Assembly: GCA_964291395.2 (NCBI GenBank)
Contig: OZ219858.1
Location: forward strand, 960,001 to 1,024,000
Source of the DNA: Alphaproteobacteria bacterium
GTDB lineage: Bacteria; Pseudomonadota; Alphaproteobacteria; UBA2966
Length of the DNA stretch: 64,000 nucleotides
Reading direction: 5' to 3'
A model generated the notes under the pieces. It worked only from the letters and a program-made list of their open reading frames with translations. It made no database searches and was not told the DNA's origin. Of this stretch, positions 41,423-51,692 are shown piece after piece (the stretch's first letter is position 1; every line of letters starts with the position of its first letter). A program made the translations under genes and the position numbers.

Positions 41423-42598
41423 TCACCACGGGCTTGATTCCGAATGTTTTGCGTGATCGGGCAGCTTGTCGCTCAAACCCTCGTCGTCGTAGGACGATAT
41501 CTGGAGAAGCTGGGTAAAATTATTCGCCCGCACCAGTTGTTCCTGCTTCAACAACCGTTGAATGCGTTGCTTCATTCGGAAGAAGAACAGCGTCCCGAAG
41601 GTCGATGATTTGGGATACTGGTACTGATCGGAGAGTTCGTTGCCGAGCAGCGCGCGTGAGAGCCGATAGGCAAGCTCGAGAACATTTTGTTTCTCGACCG
41701 GATCGTCTAAACCGGCGACTCCTGGAATGGCGTTGATCAACGCGTTCGCCATGACTACCGAATCGGTGTCCGCCGGCGGCTCACACAGGTAGCCTATCCT
41801 GTATATCCTCTTTGCGTCGGCGCCGTCGGTATAGAGAATGGTTTCCGGAATTCCCATGAGAAAGCCGGTGTAGCGCCAGACGCTGAGAACGCTCTCCTGT
41901 TCTTCGGCGCTGAATCGGCCGCCGAGAAACGAGGTATAGTCCAACAGGCGGCGGGAGAAAATCGAGATGGCAAGGCCCAGGTTCGCCGCGCTTAGCGGAG
42001 TGCCCCAGGCTTCGTGGTCCCATTCGTCCGATTTTGCCAGCAGGTTCCTTACCCGGGCATGGACGAAGCGTACCCGCACCGAAGTCCTCCACCCGTCGTT
42101 CTCCCGGCACAGGCCGTTTGGATAGAATATTTCGATCAGTTGACGGTTGTTCTGTCGAAGCCGTCTTGTGGTCGCCGCCACTCGTCCGGTCATGTTGAAG
42201 GACTTGGCGATAAGCGTCGAGAACCCCTCCACCAGCACGCCCGTAACGAACGCGATGAGCATGAGATCCGCCTGTGCGTGGAAGGTTCTGACTCCCGGCC
42301 GGAAAGACTCGTGGTCGAGCCACGGAGGATCTTCCATGTTTTGGAAGAAGTCGCGCAAACTTTGGGGGGCGTCACGCAAGAGTTCGTGCTGATGCTTCAG
42401 GCCCGCTCCGAAGAAGCGATGCAGGTCATCCGCGGCGAGAGAGGAGACATCCTCCATCACCGGATCCAACACGGGATCACCGATGGTAGTGTGCCGGATG
42501 TAGTTGTCGGCGGCCTCCCGATCGACGGCGCGCGCCTTGGTGTAGCCGTCGGCATATGCCGATGGGACGTTCGCTATCGGCGGCGGAACGTTTGTCAT
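41423..42598 (-). CDS. MpaB/Lcp-like (DUF2236) heme oxygenase-domain protein
   Basis: GDPVLD, RRLRQN, VRVRFVHARVR, WDHEAWGTPLS, WRYTGFLMGI. Confidence 0.8.
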   Translation of the reverse strand: MTNVPPPIANVPSAYADGYTKARAVDREAADNYIRHTTIGDPVLDPVMEDVSSLAADDLHRFFGAGLKHQHELLRDAPQSLRDFFQNMEDPPWLDHESFRPGVRTFHAQADLMLIAFVTGVLVEGFSTLIAKSFNMTGRVAATTRRLRQNNRQLIEIFYPNGLCRENDGWRTSVRVRFVHARVRNLLAKSDEWDHEAWGTPLSAANLGLAISIFSRRLLDYTSFLGGRFSAEEQESVLSVWRYTGFLMGIPETILYTDGADAKRIYRIGYLCEPPADTDSVVMANALINAIPGVAGLDDPVEKQNVLELAYRLSRALLGNELSDQYQYPKSSTFGTLFFFRMKQRIQRLLKQEQLVRANNFTQLLQISSYDDEGLSDKLPDHAKHSESSPW

Positions 42599-43101
42599 GT
42601 CGATCTCTCAAACCCGTCGCACGGAGGGCTCAGGCACGGGACCCGACTGTATGTTTCCAACTACGATCAGGAGATACTCAAGTATACCGACAGCCGGAAC
42701 ATAACACTCCACGATCGGCTGATAACAGCCCCACCAGGAAGGCAGCGCGCTGTCTGTCCGCCATGCGTGCTGCCGCAGGAGGAATCTCGATCCCACTTGG
42801 TGCCGCTCTTGACCGATGGCCCAGAAAGATGGACGAACGGACCAGGGATAACGACCGTCGACGTGAATCCGGTTCCGGGCAGGAAGATCTCTATCCATAC
42901 TTGTGCAAGCTGTCGCTTGCGGGGTTGATGTTGGGGCGTCGCGGTCTCGACACGGTTGTCGAACTGTACACGTATTGGATCGATCATTCTACATGGAAGG
43001 AGCCGGCTCCCTGCACAGCCGCGGGGCGGTGACGGAGCGGTGAGCGACTCGACCGAAAATCCGGCAGGGGCACGCACCGGCTCACTGTCGTCGGTGCGGG
43101 G

Positions 43102-43308
43102 ATGCGAAAGATTTTGGAGTTCCACAGAAATACGTTCGTAAGCTGGCGCTGTATGCACGAGTACATGCGTGGCAGGGTTTGGCTGACAGAGCTCGACGAG
43201 ACCTTGGCGGCGACCGTCGAGACTTATGATGATCCGACCCTGACAGCCCTGACAGCCCTGACAGCATCGACAACGGGTCCACCCGCGGTGGAAGGACAAC
43301 GGCGTTGA
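43102..43308 (+). pseudogene. Possible HEPN-like C-terminal fragment
   Basis: ILEFHRNTFVSWRCMHE resembles the HRxxFxxWRYxxE tail of HEPN-like proteins; short, with no clear 5' part. Confidence 0.25.
43238..43264 (+). repeat. Tandem repeat (CCCTGACAG)x3
   Basis: Three exact 9-bp units. Confidence 0.9.
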
Positions 43309-43886
43309 AGCTCCCAAACGGAGACCGTTCCATCATTGATCGGCGGAAGATCACGGATTACTGCCTCAGCCTCGATCACGACGATGGCAATCGCAAGGTC
43401 CGTTTGTTCCAGGAACTCATCGGTCTGAACCAGAACAGCTCAACGCTGTTGCTTGACGCGCTCCGCACAGTGGCCGCAACCGATGATGCGATCGTTGGCA
43501 AAGTGGACGAGTACGGTCGCCGGTACATCATCGACTTCGAGCTCGAAGGTCCGCGGGGCATGGCCATGACTCGTTCGGCATGGATCGTGAGAGCCGATGA
43601 AGAGGTACCTCGGCTGGTCACCTGCTGTATTCCGAGCTCGCTGACTCGCACATGGATGATTGACGTGGCCGAAACACGACAACTGCTGTTGGATCTGGTA
43701 GCCGTGGTCCGCAGCTCTGGCGATCCGGAAATCCAGGCGGGCGACGTGGGGACCATTGTCGAGCTGCCCCCTTCCGACGCTCTGGAAGTCGAGTTCCTGA
43801 GCCGTGACGGCCGAACCCGGCACATCGGCACGCTCTCCACCGATGACGTGCTCGTTCTCAACCGCGAGCGGACCCGCGTCGCCTGA
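43305..43886 (+). CDS. DUF6883 toxin-like domain read through into a DUF4926 immunity-like domain (probably a decaying pair)
   Basis: MKLPNGD..IIDRRKITDYCL...YGRRY...RSAWI...PRLVTC, then from ~43656 LLDLVAV...GDVGTIVE...EVEF..DGRT. Confidence 0.7.
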   Translation: MKLPNGDRSIIDRRKITDYCLSLDHDDGNRKVRLFQELIGLNQNSSTLLLDALRTVAATDDAIVGKVDEYGRRYIIDFELEGPRGMAMTRSAWIVRADEEVPRLVTCCIPSSLTRTWMIDVAETRQLLLDLVAVVRSSGDPEIQAGDVGTIVELPPSDALEVEFLSRDGRTRHIGTLSTDDVLVLNRERTRVA

Positions 43887-44091
43887 ACCGTCAAGGGATC
43901 GCAGGCGGCGCACCGTCTATCCTGGTGCGGACTCGGACGGTGCCTGAGGGAGGATCTCAGCGCCCGCCTGAAGATGCCCAGGCAGCCGTGATCGGCCCAC
44001 CCCGGTCGAGACGGCGGCATGGAGCCGACCTCTTGGCCGGGCGCGCGTCCGCCTCCGGCAACTCTCCAGAACCGGTTCCGGAGAAGTCGGG

Positions 44092-45492
44092 CTAGCACTC
44101 CGGCAGGTTCACGGCGAGGCCGCCGAGGCTCGTCTCCTTGAACTTGGAGCTCATCTCCCGGCCCGTTTCCCGCATCGCGGCGATGCAGTTGTCCAGCGGC
44201 ATGAAGTGCGTGCCGTCCCCGCGCAGCGCGAGCGATGCGGCGGCCACGGCCTTCGTCGCGCCGATGCCGTTGCGCTCGATGCACGGCACCTGAACGAGAC
44301 CGGCGACCGGGTCGCAGGTCATGCCGAGGTGGTGCTCCAGCGCGATCTCGGCCGCGTTCTCCACCTGCTCCGGCGTGCCGCCCAAGACCGCGCACAGGCC
44401 GGCCGCCGCCATGGCCGCCGCGGACCCGACTTCCGCCTGGCACCCCGCGTCGGCGCCCGAGATCGAGGCGTTGTACTTGATCAGGCCGCCGATGGCCGCG
44501 GCGGTGAGCAGGAATTCCGGGACGCGCCCCTCGTCGGCGCCGACGCAATGGTCGAGGTAGTAGCGCAGCACCGCCGGAACGACCCCGGCGGCGCCGTTGG
44601 TGGGCGCCGTGACGACCCTGCCCCCGCTGGCGTTCTCCTCGTTGACCGCCATCGCGTAGACGTTGAGCCAGTCCGAGAAGACGTGCGGCTGAAGCCTGTT
44701 GGAACCCTGCTCGCGGCGGAGCTGCTCGAAGAGCTTCCCGGCCCGCCGCACGACGCGGAGTCCGCCGGGGAGCTCGCCGTGGCTGGACAGCCCGCGGTCG
44801 ATGCACCCGGCCATCGCGGACCAGATCGCCGACAGCCCGGCATCGATCTCGGTGTCGGAGCGGTGGACGCGTTCGTTGGCGCGCTTCATCCCGGCGATGG
44901 ACGTCCCGCTCTCGCCCGCCATCCGCAGCATGGCCGCGGCGGTGTCGAACGGGAAGGGGACCCGCGGGTCGTGCTCGTCGGCCGTCCCGTCCGCCGCCTT
45001 GGCGAGGTCTTCCTCCGTCGCGATGAAGCCGCCGCCCGTCGAGTAGTAGATCTGATCGAGATGGTGCGCGCCGCGCCGGTCCGTCGCCGTGAACCGCAAC
45101 CCGTTGGGATGCCCCTGCAGCGGCGGACCGATGTCGAAGACGAGGTCCTCGTCCGGGTCGAACGCGAGGACCGGGCCTTCATGCGAAGGCAGGCGTCGGT
45201 TCGCCCGAAGGCCGGCGAGATCCTCCTCGGCCCGGTCCATGTCGAGGTCTGCCGCTCCGTGGCCGAGCAGGCCCAACATGACCGCCCGGTCCGTCGCGTG
45301 GCCCTTTCCGGTGAAGGCCAGCGAGCCGTGGAGGGTGACGCGCACGCGCAGCCACGCCTCGGCGGGAGGAGTGGCCCGGCGCGCCTCCGAGAGCAGCTCG
45401 AGAAAGGCGGCGGCGGCGGCCATCGGCCCCATGGTGTGGGACGAGGACGGACCGATGCCCACCTTGAAGATGTCGAAGACGCTCAGGAACAT
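44092..45492 (-). CDS. sdaA: L-serine ammonia-lyase (Fe-S type)
   Basis: [60 protein letters not shown]. Confidence 0.96.
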   Translation of the reverse strand: MFLSVFDIFKVGIGPSSSHTMGPMAAAAAFLELLSEARRATPPAEAWLRVRVTLHGSLAFTGKGHATDRAVMLGLLGHGAADLDMDRAEEDLAGLRANRRLPSHEGPVLAFDPDEDLVFDIGPPLQGHPNGLRFTATDRRGAHHLDQIYYSTGGGFIATEEDLAKAADGTADEHDPRVPFPFDTAAAMLRMAGESGTSIAGMKRANERVHRSDTEIDAGLSAIWSAMAGCIDRGLSSHGELPGGLRVVRRAGKLFEQLRREQGSNRLQPHVFSDWLNVYAMAVNEENASGGRVVTAPTNGAAGVVPAVLRYYLDHCVGADEGRVPEFLLTAAAIGGLIKYNASISGADAGCQAEVGSAAAMAAAGLCAVLGGTPEQVENAAEIALEHHLGMTCDPVAGLVQVPCIERNGIGATKAVAAASLALRGDGTHFMPLDNCIAAMRETGREMSSKFKETSLGGLAVNLPEC

Positions 45493-45524
45493 GGGGACCC
45501 AAATGGCCCGAACGAAGGCTCCCG

Positions 45525-46679
45525 TCAAGCGGCGTCGGCGGAATGGAGCCCGGAGGATCTTTCTCTGTGGGCCGCGGCAGCGCGGCCGACCGCGTCGGGG
45601 TCCAGCTCGAAGCCCAGCCCCGGTCCGCCGAGCACGGGGAGCCTTCCGCTCTGCAGCGTCAGATCGGGCCGGCGGACGATGTCCCAGGCCAGCAGGTCGT
45701 TCATGTACTGGTTGCCGTCGTCCAGGTTGGGTGTGACCGCCGCCGCCTGGTTCGAAGCTGCCGTCGTGATGCCCGTCTCGAAGAGGCCGTGAATGCAGAC
45801 GTCGATGTCCGCCGTCGCCGCGACGTGGGCGACCTTGCAGAAGCGCAGCAGACCGCCGCTCTCGTGGAGACCGACGGTGATCAGGTCCGCGGCTTCATGG
45901 CGGCAGACCTCGAAGGTGTCCTGCGGCGTAAAGACGCTCTGGTCCGCCGCGATCGCGACGGGACTGCCTGCCCGGACGTTGGCCAGCGCCGCGATGCTCT
46001 CCGCATGGGTGGGTTGCTCCACGAGCTCGATGTCGAAGCGGGACAGCCTGTGGATCATGCGGACGGCCCGGGCGGGCTGCCAGTGCTCGTTTGCGTCCAC
46101 CCGCAGGCGCTTGTCCGGCCCGATGGCCGCCCGGACCTGGGCGACGATCTCCGTGTCGAGATCGTCGCCCCGGCCCACCTTGACGTAGATGACGTCACAA
46201 CCCGAGTCCGTCAGCCGCCGGGCGTCGGCAGCGACGTCTTCCGGAGTCCCGCCCTGCGGGAACCCGAAGTACCGCACCTCGTCGCGCACCGCGCCCCCCA
46301 GCAGCTCATGGACCGGCCGGCCGACCGCCTTGCCCATGACGTCCCAAAGCGCCATCTCGAGCCCGGCCAGCACCTGCCCGGCGAACCTCGGGGCGCTGCA
46401 GTTGCCCTCGAGTTCGAACAGGGTGTGGTAGGCCTCGCCCATCAGGCGGGTGTTCTCGAACGGACTACGGCCGATGCAGGGGCCGGCTGCCAGGGACAGG
46501 TAGGCCCCGATCGCCTCGGCCGACGGCGTGGCCAAGGACTCGCCGTATCCGGTCACGCCCTCGTCGGTACGGACCTCGACCAGGATCACGCCCGCGCCGT
46601 GGGTGACGCCTTGGGCCCAGTGGTAGGGCACGGTGTAGGGGATCCACAGCGGCGTCGTCACAATCTCGCTAATCCTCAC
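45525..46679 (-). CDS. Mandelate racemase / muconate lactonizing enzyme family protein
   Basis: EVRTDEGVTGYGE, EMALWDVMGK, LRVDAN, VEQP, AADQS, GPGLG. Confidence 0.9.
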   Translation of the reverse strand: MRISEIVTTPLWIPYTVPYHWAQGVTHGAGVILVEVRTDEGVTGYGESLATPSAEAIGAYLSLAAGPCIGRSPFENTRLMGEAYHTLFELEGNCSAPRFAGQVLAGLEMALWDVMGKAVGRPVHELLGGAVRDEVRYFGFPQGGTPEDVAADARRLTDSGCDVIYVKVGRGDDLDTEIVAQVRAAIGPDKRLRVDANEHWQPARAVRMIHRLSRFDIELVEQPTHAESIAALANVRAGSPVAIAADQSVFTPQDTFEVCRHEAADLITVGLHESGGLLRFCKVAHVAATADIDVCIHGLFETGITTAASNQAAAVTPNLDDGNQYMNDLLAWDIVRRPDLTLQSGRLPVLGGPGLGFELDPDAVGRAAAAHRERSSGLHSADAA

Positions 46680-46756
46680 GTGCTTCCTCCAACGGTCGGC
46701 AATTCGGCGTCACGTGCGGGAGCCCGCCTCCGACAAGGAAGACGCGGATAGCCGCC

Positions 46757-48049
46757 CTACTTGCCGAGCAGCAGTTCGGGCAGCCAGAGCGACACCTCGG
46801 GGATGTAGGTTGTGATGATCAGCGTCGGGATCCATGCGAACGCGATGAGGATGAGGGTCGGGCCGATCATTTCGTTGACCGGCGTGCGGCCGACGCGTGC
46901 GCCGAGATAGAGGAGCGGGGCGGTCGGCGGCGTGATGTTCCCCATGCCCAGGTTGACGCCGATGATGGCCGCGAACTGGATGGGGTCGATGCCGAGGTCC
47001 AGCACTATCGGGAACAGCAGCGGCGCGCCCAGCAGGATGCCCGACACGTCGTCCATCAGCATGCCGATCAGGATCAGTACGAAATTGATCATGATGAGGA
47101 TGACGATCGGGTTCTCCGAGACGGCGTAGATGATCTCCTGCGCGATGCCGGGGATGTCCTCGAAGATCAGCATGCGGCTCACGATCATCACCATGAAGAA
47201 CATGACCATGACGACGCCCGTCGTGGTCGCTGTCTCCAGCAGGGCCTGCACGAAGTTGCCTCGGTTGAGGCCCTTGTAGACGAAGAAGCCGACCGGGATC
47301 GCGTAGATCACTGCGATGCCGGCGGCTTCGGTCGGAGTCATGATGCCGCCATAGATGCCGCCGAGGATGATCACCGGCATCAGGAAGGCCGGGACCGCGT
47401 GCCAGCCCTTGCGGGCGACGTCGGCGGCGAAGGTGGGCGACGGCGGCAGCGTCTTGATGTTCTTGTGCTTGCGCAGCATGACGAAGTTCACCGCCACGAT
47501 GAGGAGCACCAGGATGAGACCGGGGATTACCGTGGCGAGGAAGCACTTGAGAACGGACTGCCGCGTCACCCAGGCATAGATGATCTGGATGGCGCTCGGC
47601 GGGATGAGGAGGCCGAGCGGCGCCGAGTTGGCGATCACTGCGGAAGCGATGCCGCGCGGGTAGTTGGCCTCGCGCAGTTGCGGCATCATGATCGCGCCGA
47701 TGCAGGTGAGCGTCGCCGAGGCCGAGCCGGAGATCGAGCCGAAGATGGCGCTCGCGACCACCGCCGCCGCGCTGAGGCCGCCGCGGAAGCGGCCGACGAA
47801 CATCTCGGCGAGCGACGCGAGCGGCGCGGCGATCTTTCCCCGTTCCATGATGCCGCCCGCCATGATGAAGAGCGGGATCGCCAGCAGCACCAGAGCGTTC
47901 ATGCGCCAGTGCCCGGAGGGCAGCAGCGTCGTGAAGTCGTGGCCGCCGGCGAAGGCGACGTAGATCATGGTGAGCCCGAAGGCCAGTGGCACAGAGAGCC
48001 CGAGGATGAGGGCGCCACAGAGGATGACGAGCGTGAAGAGAAGGAGCAT
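46757..48049 (-). CDS. dctM: TRAP transporter large permease
   Basis: LLAIPLFIMAG, FGSISGS, LIPPS, TPTEAA, ITPP. Confidence 0.95.
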   Translation of the reverse strand: MLLLFTLVILCGALILGLSVPLAFGLTMIYVAFAGGHDFTTLLPSGHWRMNALVLLAIPLFIMAGGIMERGKIAAPLASLAEMFVGRFRGGLSAAAVVASAIFGSISGSASATLTCIGAIMMPQLREANYPRGIASAVIANSAPLGLLIPPSAIQIIYAWVTRQSVLKCFLATVIPGLILVLLIVAVNFVMLRKHKNIKTLPPSPTFAADVARKGWHAVPAFLMPVIILGGIYGGIMTPTEAAGIAVIYAIPVGFFVYKGLNRGNFVQALLETATTTGVVMVMFFMVMIVSRMLIFEDIPGIAQEIIYAVSENPIVILIMINFVLILIGMLMDDVSGILLGAPLLFPIVLDLGIDPIQFAAIIGVNLGMGNITPPTAPLLYLGARVGRTPVNEMIGPTLILIAFAWIPTLIITTYIPEVSLWLPELLLGK

Positions 48050-48052
48050 CTC

Positions 48053-48583
48053 TCAGACCTCCCGTGTCTCGACTGGGCCGCGCCGGACGCTGACGTAGAG
48101 GTGCAGCGCGGTATAGAGGCCCATCAGAACGAAGCCGAGGAAGATTCCGAACCGGGGCACGACGAAGGGAATGTTCCAGGCCACGGTCTTCGGCCAGCCG
48201 GGGTATTCCGCAACGTCCTCGAGGACCATCACCGCGCCCCACCAGGACATGACGATGAGCACGGCGAGTTCCAGCGCGAGGGTCAGGTTGGCGAGCAGCC
48301 AGCGGGCGCGGGCGCTCGAGACCATCGCCGCCATGAAATCGGCCTTGATGTGGGTGTTGTCGAAGCTGCCCTGCGCGCCGCCGACGAAGTAGAGCCAGAA
48401 CGCCACCACCAGGACCCATTCCTCGTAGGCGAACAGGTCGGCCTCGAAGCCGTAGCGCAGGATCACCACGAAGAAGAACACGAGCGCCAACGCCATGCTG
48501 GCGGCCACCAGCAGGACCTTCTGGAGCGCCAGCATGAGGCGCACCGGACCGTGAAGCCCCCGTGGGATATCGTCGATCACCAT
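48053..48583 (-). CDS. dctQ: TRAP transporter small permease
   Basis: Four TM helices; VILRY, EE, HIKAD. Confidence 0.9.
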   Translation of the reverse strand: MVIDDIPRGLHGPVRLMLALQKVLLVAASMALALVFFFVVILRYGFEADLFAYEEWVLVVAFWLYFVGGAQGSFDNTHIKADFMAAMVSSARARWLLANLTLALELAVLIVMSWWGAVMVLEDVAEYPGWPKTVAWNIPFVVPRFGIFLGFVLMGLYTALHLYVSVRRGPVETREV

Positions 48584-48727
48584 TGACCCCCTCCCCGTCG
48601 TCTCAGTGAGAGATCGGCCCGCGATCGCCAGCCGGGAACGCGATGCGGGCCGATCCCCCGTCCCGACCGGGACCGTTCCAATGATCGTCCGTACCGTCGC
48701 CCGTTGACGGCACGGCCACGGGCGGGC

Positions 48728-49741
48728 CTACTGCGCGTCCGCCTTGAGCTCGTCCAGAAGTTCCTTGCCGAAGGCGTCTTCCAGCTTCGGCCAGGTCGTG
48801 GCCCGCACGTGGTCCGCGATCGCGCCGCGCTCCTCGTCGGTGAGCGCGATCACCGTCACGCCGGCTTCCGACAGCTTGCCCATGAACTCCTCGTCGATGG
48901 TCTCGGAGGCGTCGAAGGACGCGATCGCGGCCTTGGCGAAGGTGCTCTCGACCGCCGCCTTCTGGGCGTCGTCGAGCTTGTTCCACGACTTTCGGCTCAT
49001 GTAGTAGGCGGTGTTTTCGACGAAGCTGTTGTAGGGGACGTAGTACTTGATGGCGTCGCGGAACGAGGTGTAGTTCGCCTCCGGCGTTCCGCCGATGGCG
49101 CCGTCCACCACGCCCTGCTGGAGCGCGGGGAACACGTCGCCCCAGTCGATCGTGGTGGTGTTGAAGCCGATGTCCTGGGCGGTCTCCTTTGCGACGTTCG
49201 CGCTCCAGACGCGGATCGTCAGGCCCTTGTCTCCGACACCCTTCGCATCCTGCGGCTCCTTCGAGGTGCCCACGCCGATAAAGCCCTCGCCGAAGATGCC
49301 GAGCAGCTTGATGTCCTGTTTGGCGAGCAGCTCGGAATAGATGCGGTAGAAGTTCGATCCCGGCGTGAAGACCTTCTTCATCTGGGCATAGTTCTCGACC
49401 AGGTACGGGATCGAGTTGATCTCGAGCAGCGGATCGTTGTGGCTGTAAATGAAGGTGTGCGCGATGTCGATCGCGCCCTTGCGAACGTCGCCGAATACCT
49501 GCTCGCCGGTGCCGAGCTGCCCCGAGGGGAAGAGCTGCACTTTCAGGCCGACGTCGGCCCCTTCGAGGTCCTTCTCGATCTGCTTGAGGGTGACGGTGGC
49601 GTTGTGGTCGGCCGCATGCTGGCCGGCGATGCGCAGCCGCGTGTCGGCGGAGGCGGTGGTTGCGAGGACCGAGAGCGCGAGCGCGGCGGCGCCGAGCCCG
49701 GCGAATGTCCTGCGCGAGATGTCGAACGTGACGTGTTTCAT
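48728..49741 (-). CDS. dctP: TRAP substrate-binding protein
   Basis: ATG at 49741 with GAGG RBS; SRRTF signal peptide; FPSGQLG, GLTIRV, VFPALQQGVVDG. Confidence 0.93.
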   Translation of the reverse strand: MKHVTFDISRRTFAGLGAAALALSVLATTASADTRLRIAGQHAADHNATVTLKQIEKDLEGADVGLKVQLFPSGQLGTGEQVFGDVRKGAIDIAHTFIYSHNDPLLEINSIPYLVENYAQMKKVFTPGSNFYRIYSELLAKQDIKLLGIFGEGFIGVGTSKEPQDAKGVGDKGLTIRVWSANVAKETAQDIGFNTTTIDWGDVFPALQQGVVDGAIGGTPEANYTSFRDAIKYYVPYNSFVENTAYYMSRKSWNKLDDAQKAAVESTFAKAAIASFDASETIDEEFMGKLSEAGVTVIALTDEERGAIADHVRATTWPKLEDAFGKELLDELKADAQ

Positions 49742-49921
49742 GGCGGTTCCTCGTCTGGCTGTCGCCGCGGTGCATGACGCGGCATCCAACCCTGACCCCA
49801 TGACGCGAACACGAATAGAATTTATGCGTCGATTTGCGGTATAATCGCGCATCACGGCGATTTTGTGCCCCGGTTCGGCCGAAATGCGTCTCCTCATCCC
49901 GTACCACGAACGCATAGGCCG

Positions 49922-51013
49922 TTACTCGCGACGTCCGGAATCCTCCACGAAGTGCAGCTTGCGAACGTCGGCCCGCAGCCCCTCGCCGTGCTCCTGCACC
50001 GCGACCCGTTGCCGCCGCGCCTCCCGCGGGGTCTCTCCGTAGACGCGCCGGAACCATCTTATGAAGTGGGAGCTGTCCGAGAACCCGCATTCATGGGCGA
50101 TGCGGATGATTGGGATGCCGGTGTTGAGCACGCGCCACCGCGCGTGCTGCAGGCGCATGGTGCGCCAGATCTCCGCGGGCGAGAGCTTCGTGTGCGCCTT
50201 GAAGGCCCGGTCGAGCTGGCTGACGCTGACGCGGAGCTGCCGGGCGATGTCCTTGACCGTACCGCCTTCCGAAAGGCTTTGCCGCATGAGCTTGATCGCA
50301 TGTTCGACACGTTCGTCGCCGCAACACTCCAGGTCATTGAAGGGGTGGCGGGGCACGTGGAACGCGGCGCGGTGCTCGTCGACGATCAGGTCGGCGAGTC
50401 CCTTCGTCGCGCGCGCCCGGCCGCTGTAGCTGGAGATGATGTCGACCGCGAGGTCGATGGCCGCCGTCCCGCCCGGACAGGTCGCCAGGTTCCGGTCGAA
50501 CACGTAGATCTCATGGGTGATGGGTTCCACGTCCGGGAACGAATCCTCGAACTCCTGGGCGTGGCGGAAGTGAACCGCGCACCGGCGGTCGTCCAGCAGA
50601 CCGGCGTTGGCCAGGGTGAAACAGCCGGTGCACAGCCCCACGATCAGGAGGTTCTCCCGGTCCGCCTCCCTGAGGAAGTCCAGGGTCTCGGGCGCGTGCT
50701 CCCTTGACGCCGGCAGGAGGCCGCCCACCACGACGATGCAGTCGAAGCGGACCGGGTTTCCCAAAAGCGCCTGCGGCACCACGTCTACTCCGCCGCTCGA
50801 GGACACCGGATCGAGCGTCGGACCGATGACCTCCCAGGCGCAGTAGACCTGCCGGCTCCGGTCCCCCTCGTCGGCCGCGTGGCGCAGCACGTCCAGGAAC
50901 CCCGCGAAGGGCAGCATGGTGAAGCGCGGCGAGAGGATGAAGCCGACGCGGATGTCGGGTTCGATCGGGGGCGCGCCGGTCGGCACCGGCGTCGGGTCCG
51001 GGGCGGTTTCCAT
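49922..51013 (-). CDS. GlxA-family transcriptional regulator (DJ-1/PfpI domain + AraC HTH)
   Basis: DVLRHAAD, GLCTG.F.LA.AGLL, TCPGGTAAIDL, CGFSDSSHF...YGETP. Confidence 0.93.
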   Translation of the reverse strand: METAPDPTPVPTGAPPIEPDIRVGFILSPRFTMLPFAGFLDVLRHAADEGDRSRQVYCAWEVIGPTLDPVSSSGGVDVVPQALLGNPVRFDCIVVVGGLLPASREHAPETLDFLREADRENLLIVGLCTGCFTLANAGLLDDRRCAVHFRHAQEFEDSFPDVEPITHEIYVFDRNLATCPGGTAAIDLAVDIISSYSGRARATKGLADLIVDEHRAAFHVPRHPFNDLECCGDERVEHAIKLMRQSLSEGGTVKDIARQLRVSVSQLDRAFKAHTKLSPAEIWRTMRLQHARWRVLNTGIPIIRIAHECGFSDSSHFIRWFRRVYGETPREARRQRVAVQEHGEGLRADVRKLHFVEDSGRRE

Positions 51014-51401
51014 CTCCCGTCACGTGTTCGAGGGGCCAGAACCTTCCTTTTCCGGGACTGGTATCGCTGGACGACGAGGCAATCGGTCCTTGCTCATCGC
51101 CTCGGCAGCAGGCCGACACGTAGGTCCTCAGACATAGGCATCGTATGCGCTCATGGCGCGTTTGGAGAGAAGATTTTGTCTGAATTAGGGAACGAAAGTA
51201 GCCAAACGATGTGTTTTTGTCGTCAAGGAATACAAATCTTCTATCTCTGTGCATCGCAAGGCACTCATCGAATCGATGAGGATTTCATGAGATCGGGACG
51301 GCGATCATTGAGAGACGAAAGGGGGAACGATCTCGGAAAGCTTGATGTAACCGCACGTATGATCACCTCTGCAGACTGGCCGAAACGATGGACCGAGTGC
51401 G

Positions 51402-51692
51402 TCAGGCCGCTTCCAGAGGCGTGATGCCCGAAAGATCGACGGTTTCCCGGGCGCGGGCGACGTCATGGGCTCGCTGCAGGTTTATCCAGAGCTCCGGCGT
51501 GTTGCCGAAAAACCTTGAGAGCCGCGTAGCGGTGTCTACCGTCAGAGAGGTTTCGCCCTTCACCAGCCGTTCGATGCGCGTCCTGAGCACATTCGGGCGT
51601 TTGGCGAGCGTGATCGCGCTCATACCAAGCGGCTCAAGATACAACTCCACGAGCACCTCGCCCGGGTGACAGGGGTTATCAATCAGCATCAT
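51402..51692 (-). CDS. higA: HigA-family antitoxin
   Basis: HPGEVLVELYLEPLGMS, RTRIERLVKG, RLSRFFGNTPELWINLQ. Confidence 0.88.
   Translation of the reverse strand: MMLIDNPCHPGEVLVELYLEPLGMSAITLAKRPNVLRTRIERLVKGETSLTVDTATRLSRFFGNTPELWINLQRAHDVARARETVDLSGITPLEAA

Noticed and set aside
43238-43264. Repeats as a CRISPR array
   Set aside because: Contiguous 9-bp units with no spacers and no cas genes
43950-43990. Possible third gene-end duplication (LolA-like 3' end)
   Set aside because: Only about 17/25 identity; could be chance
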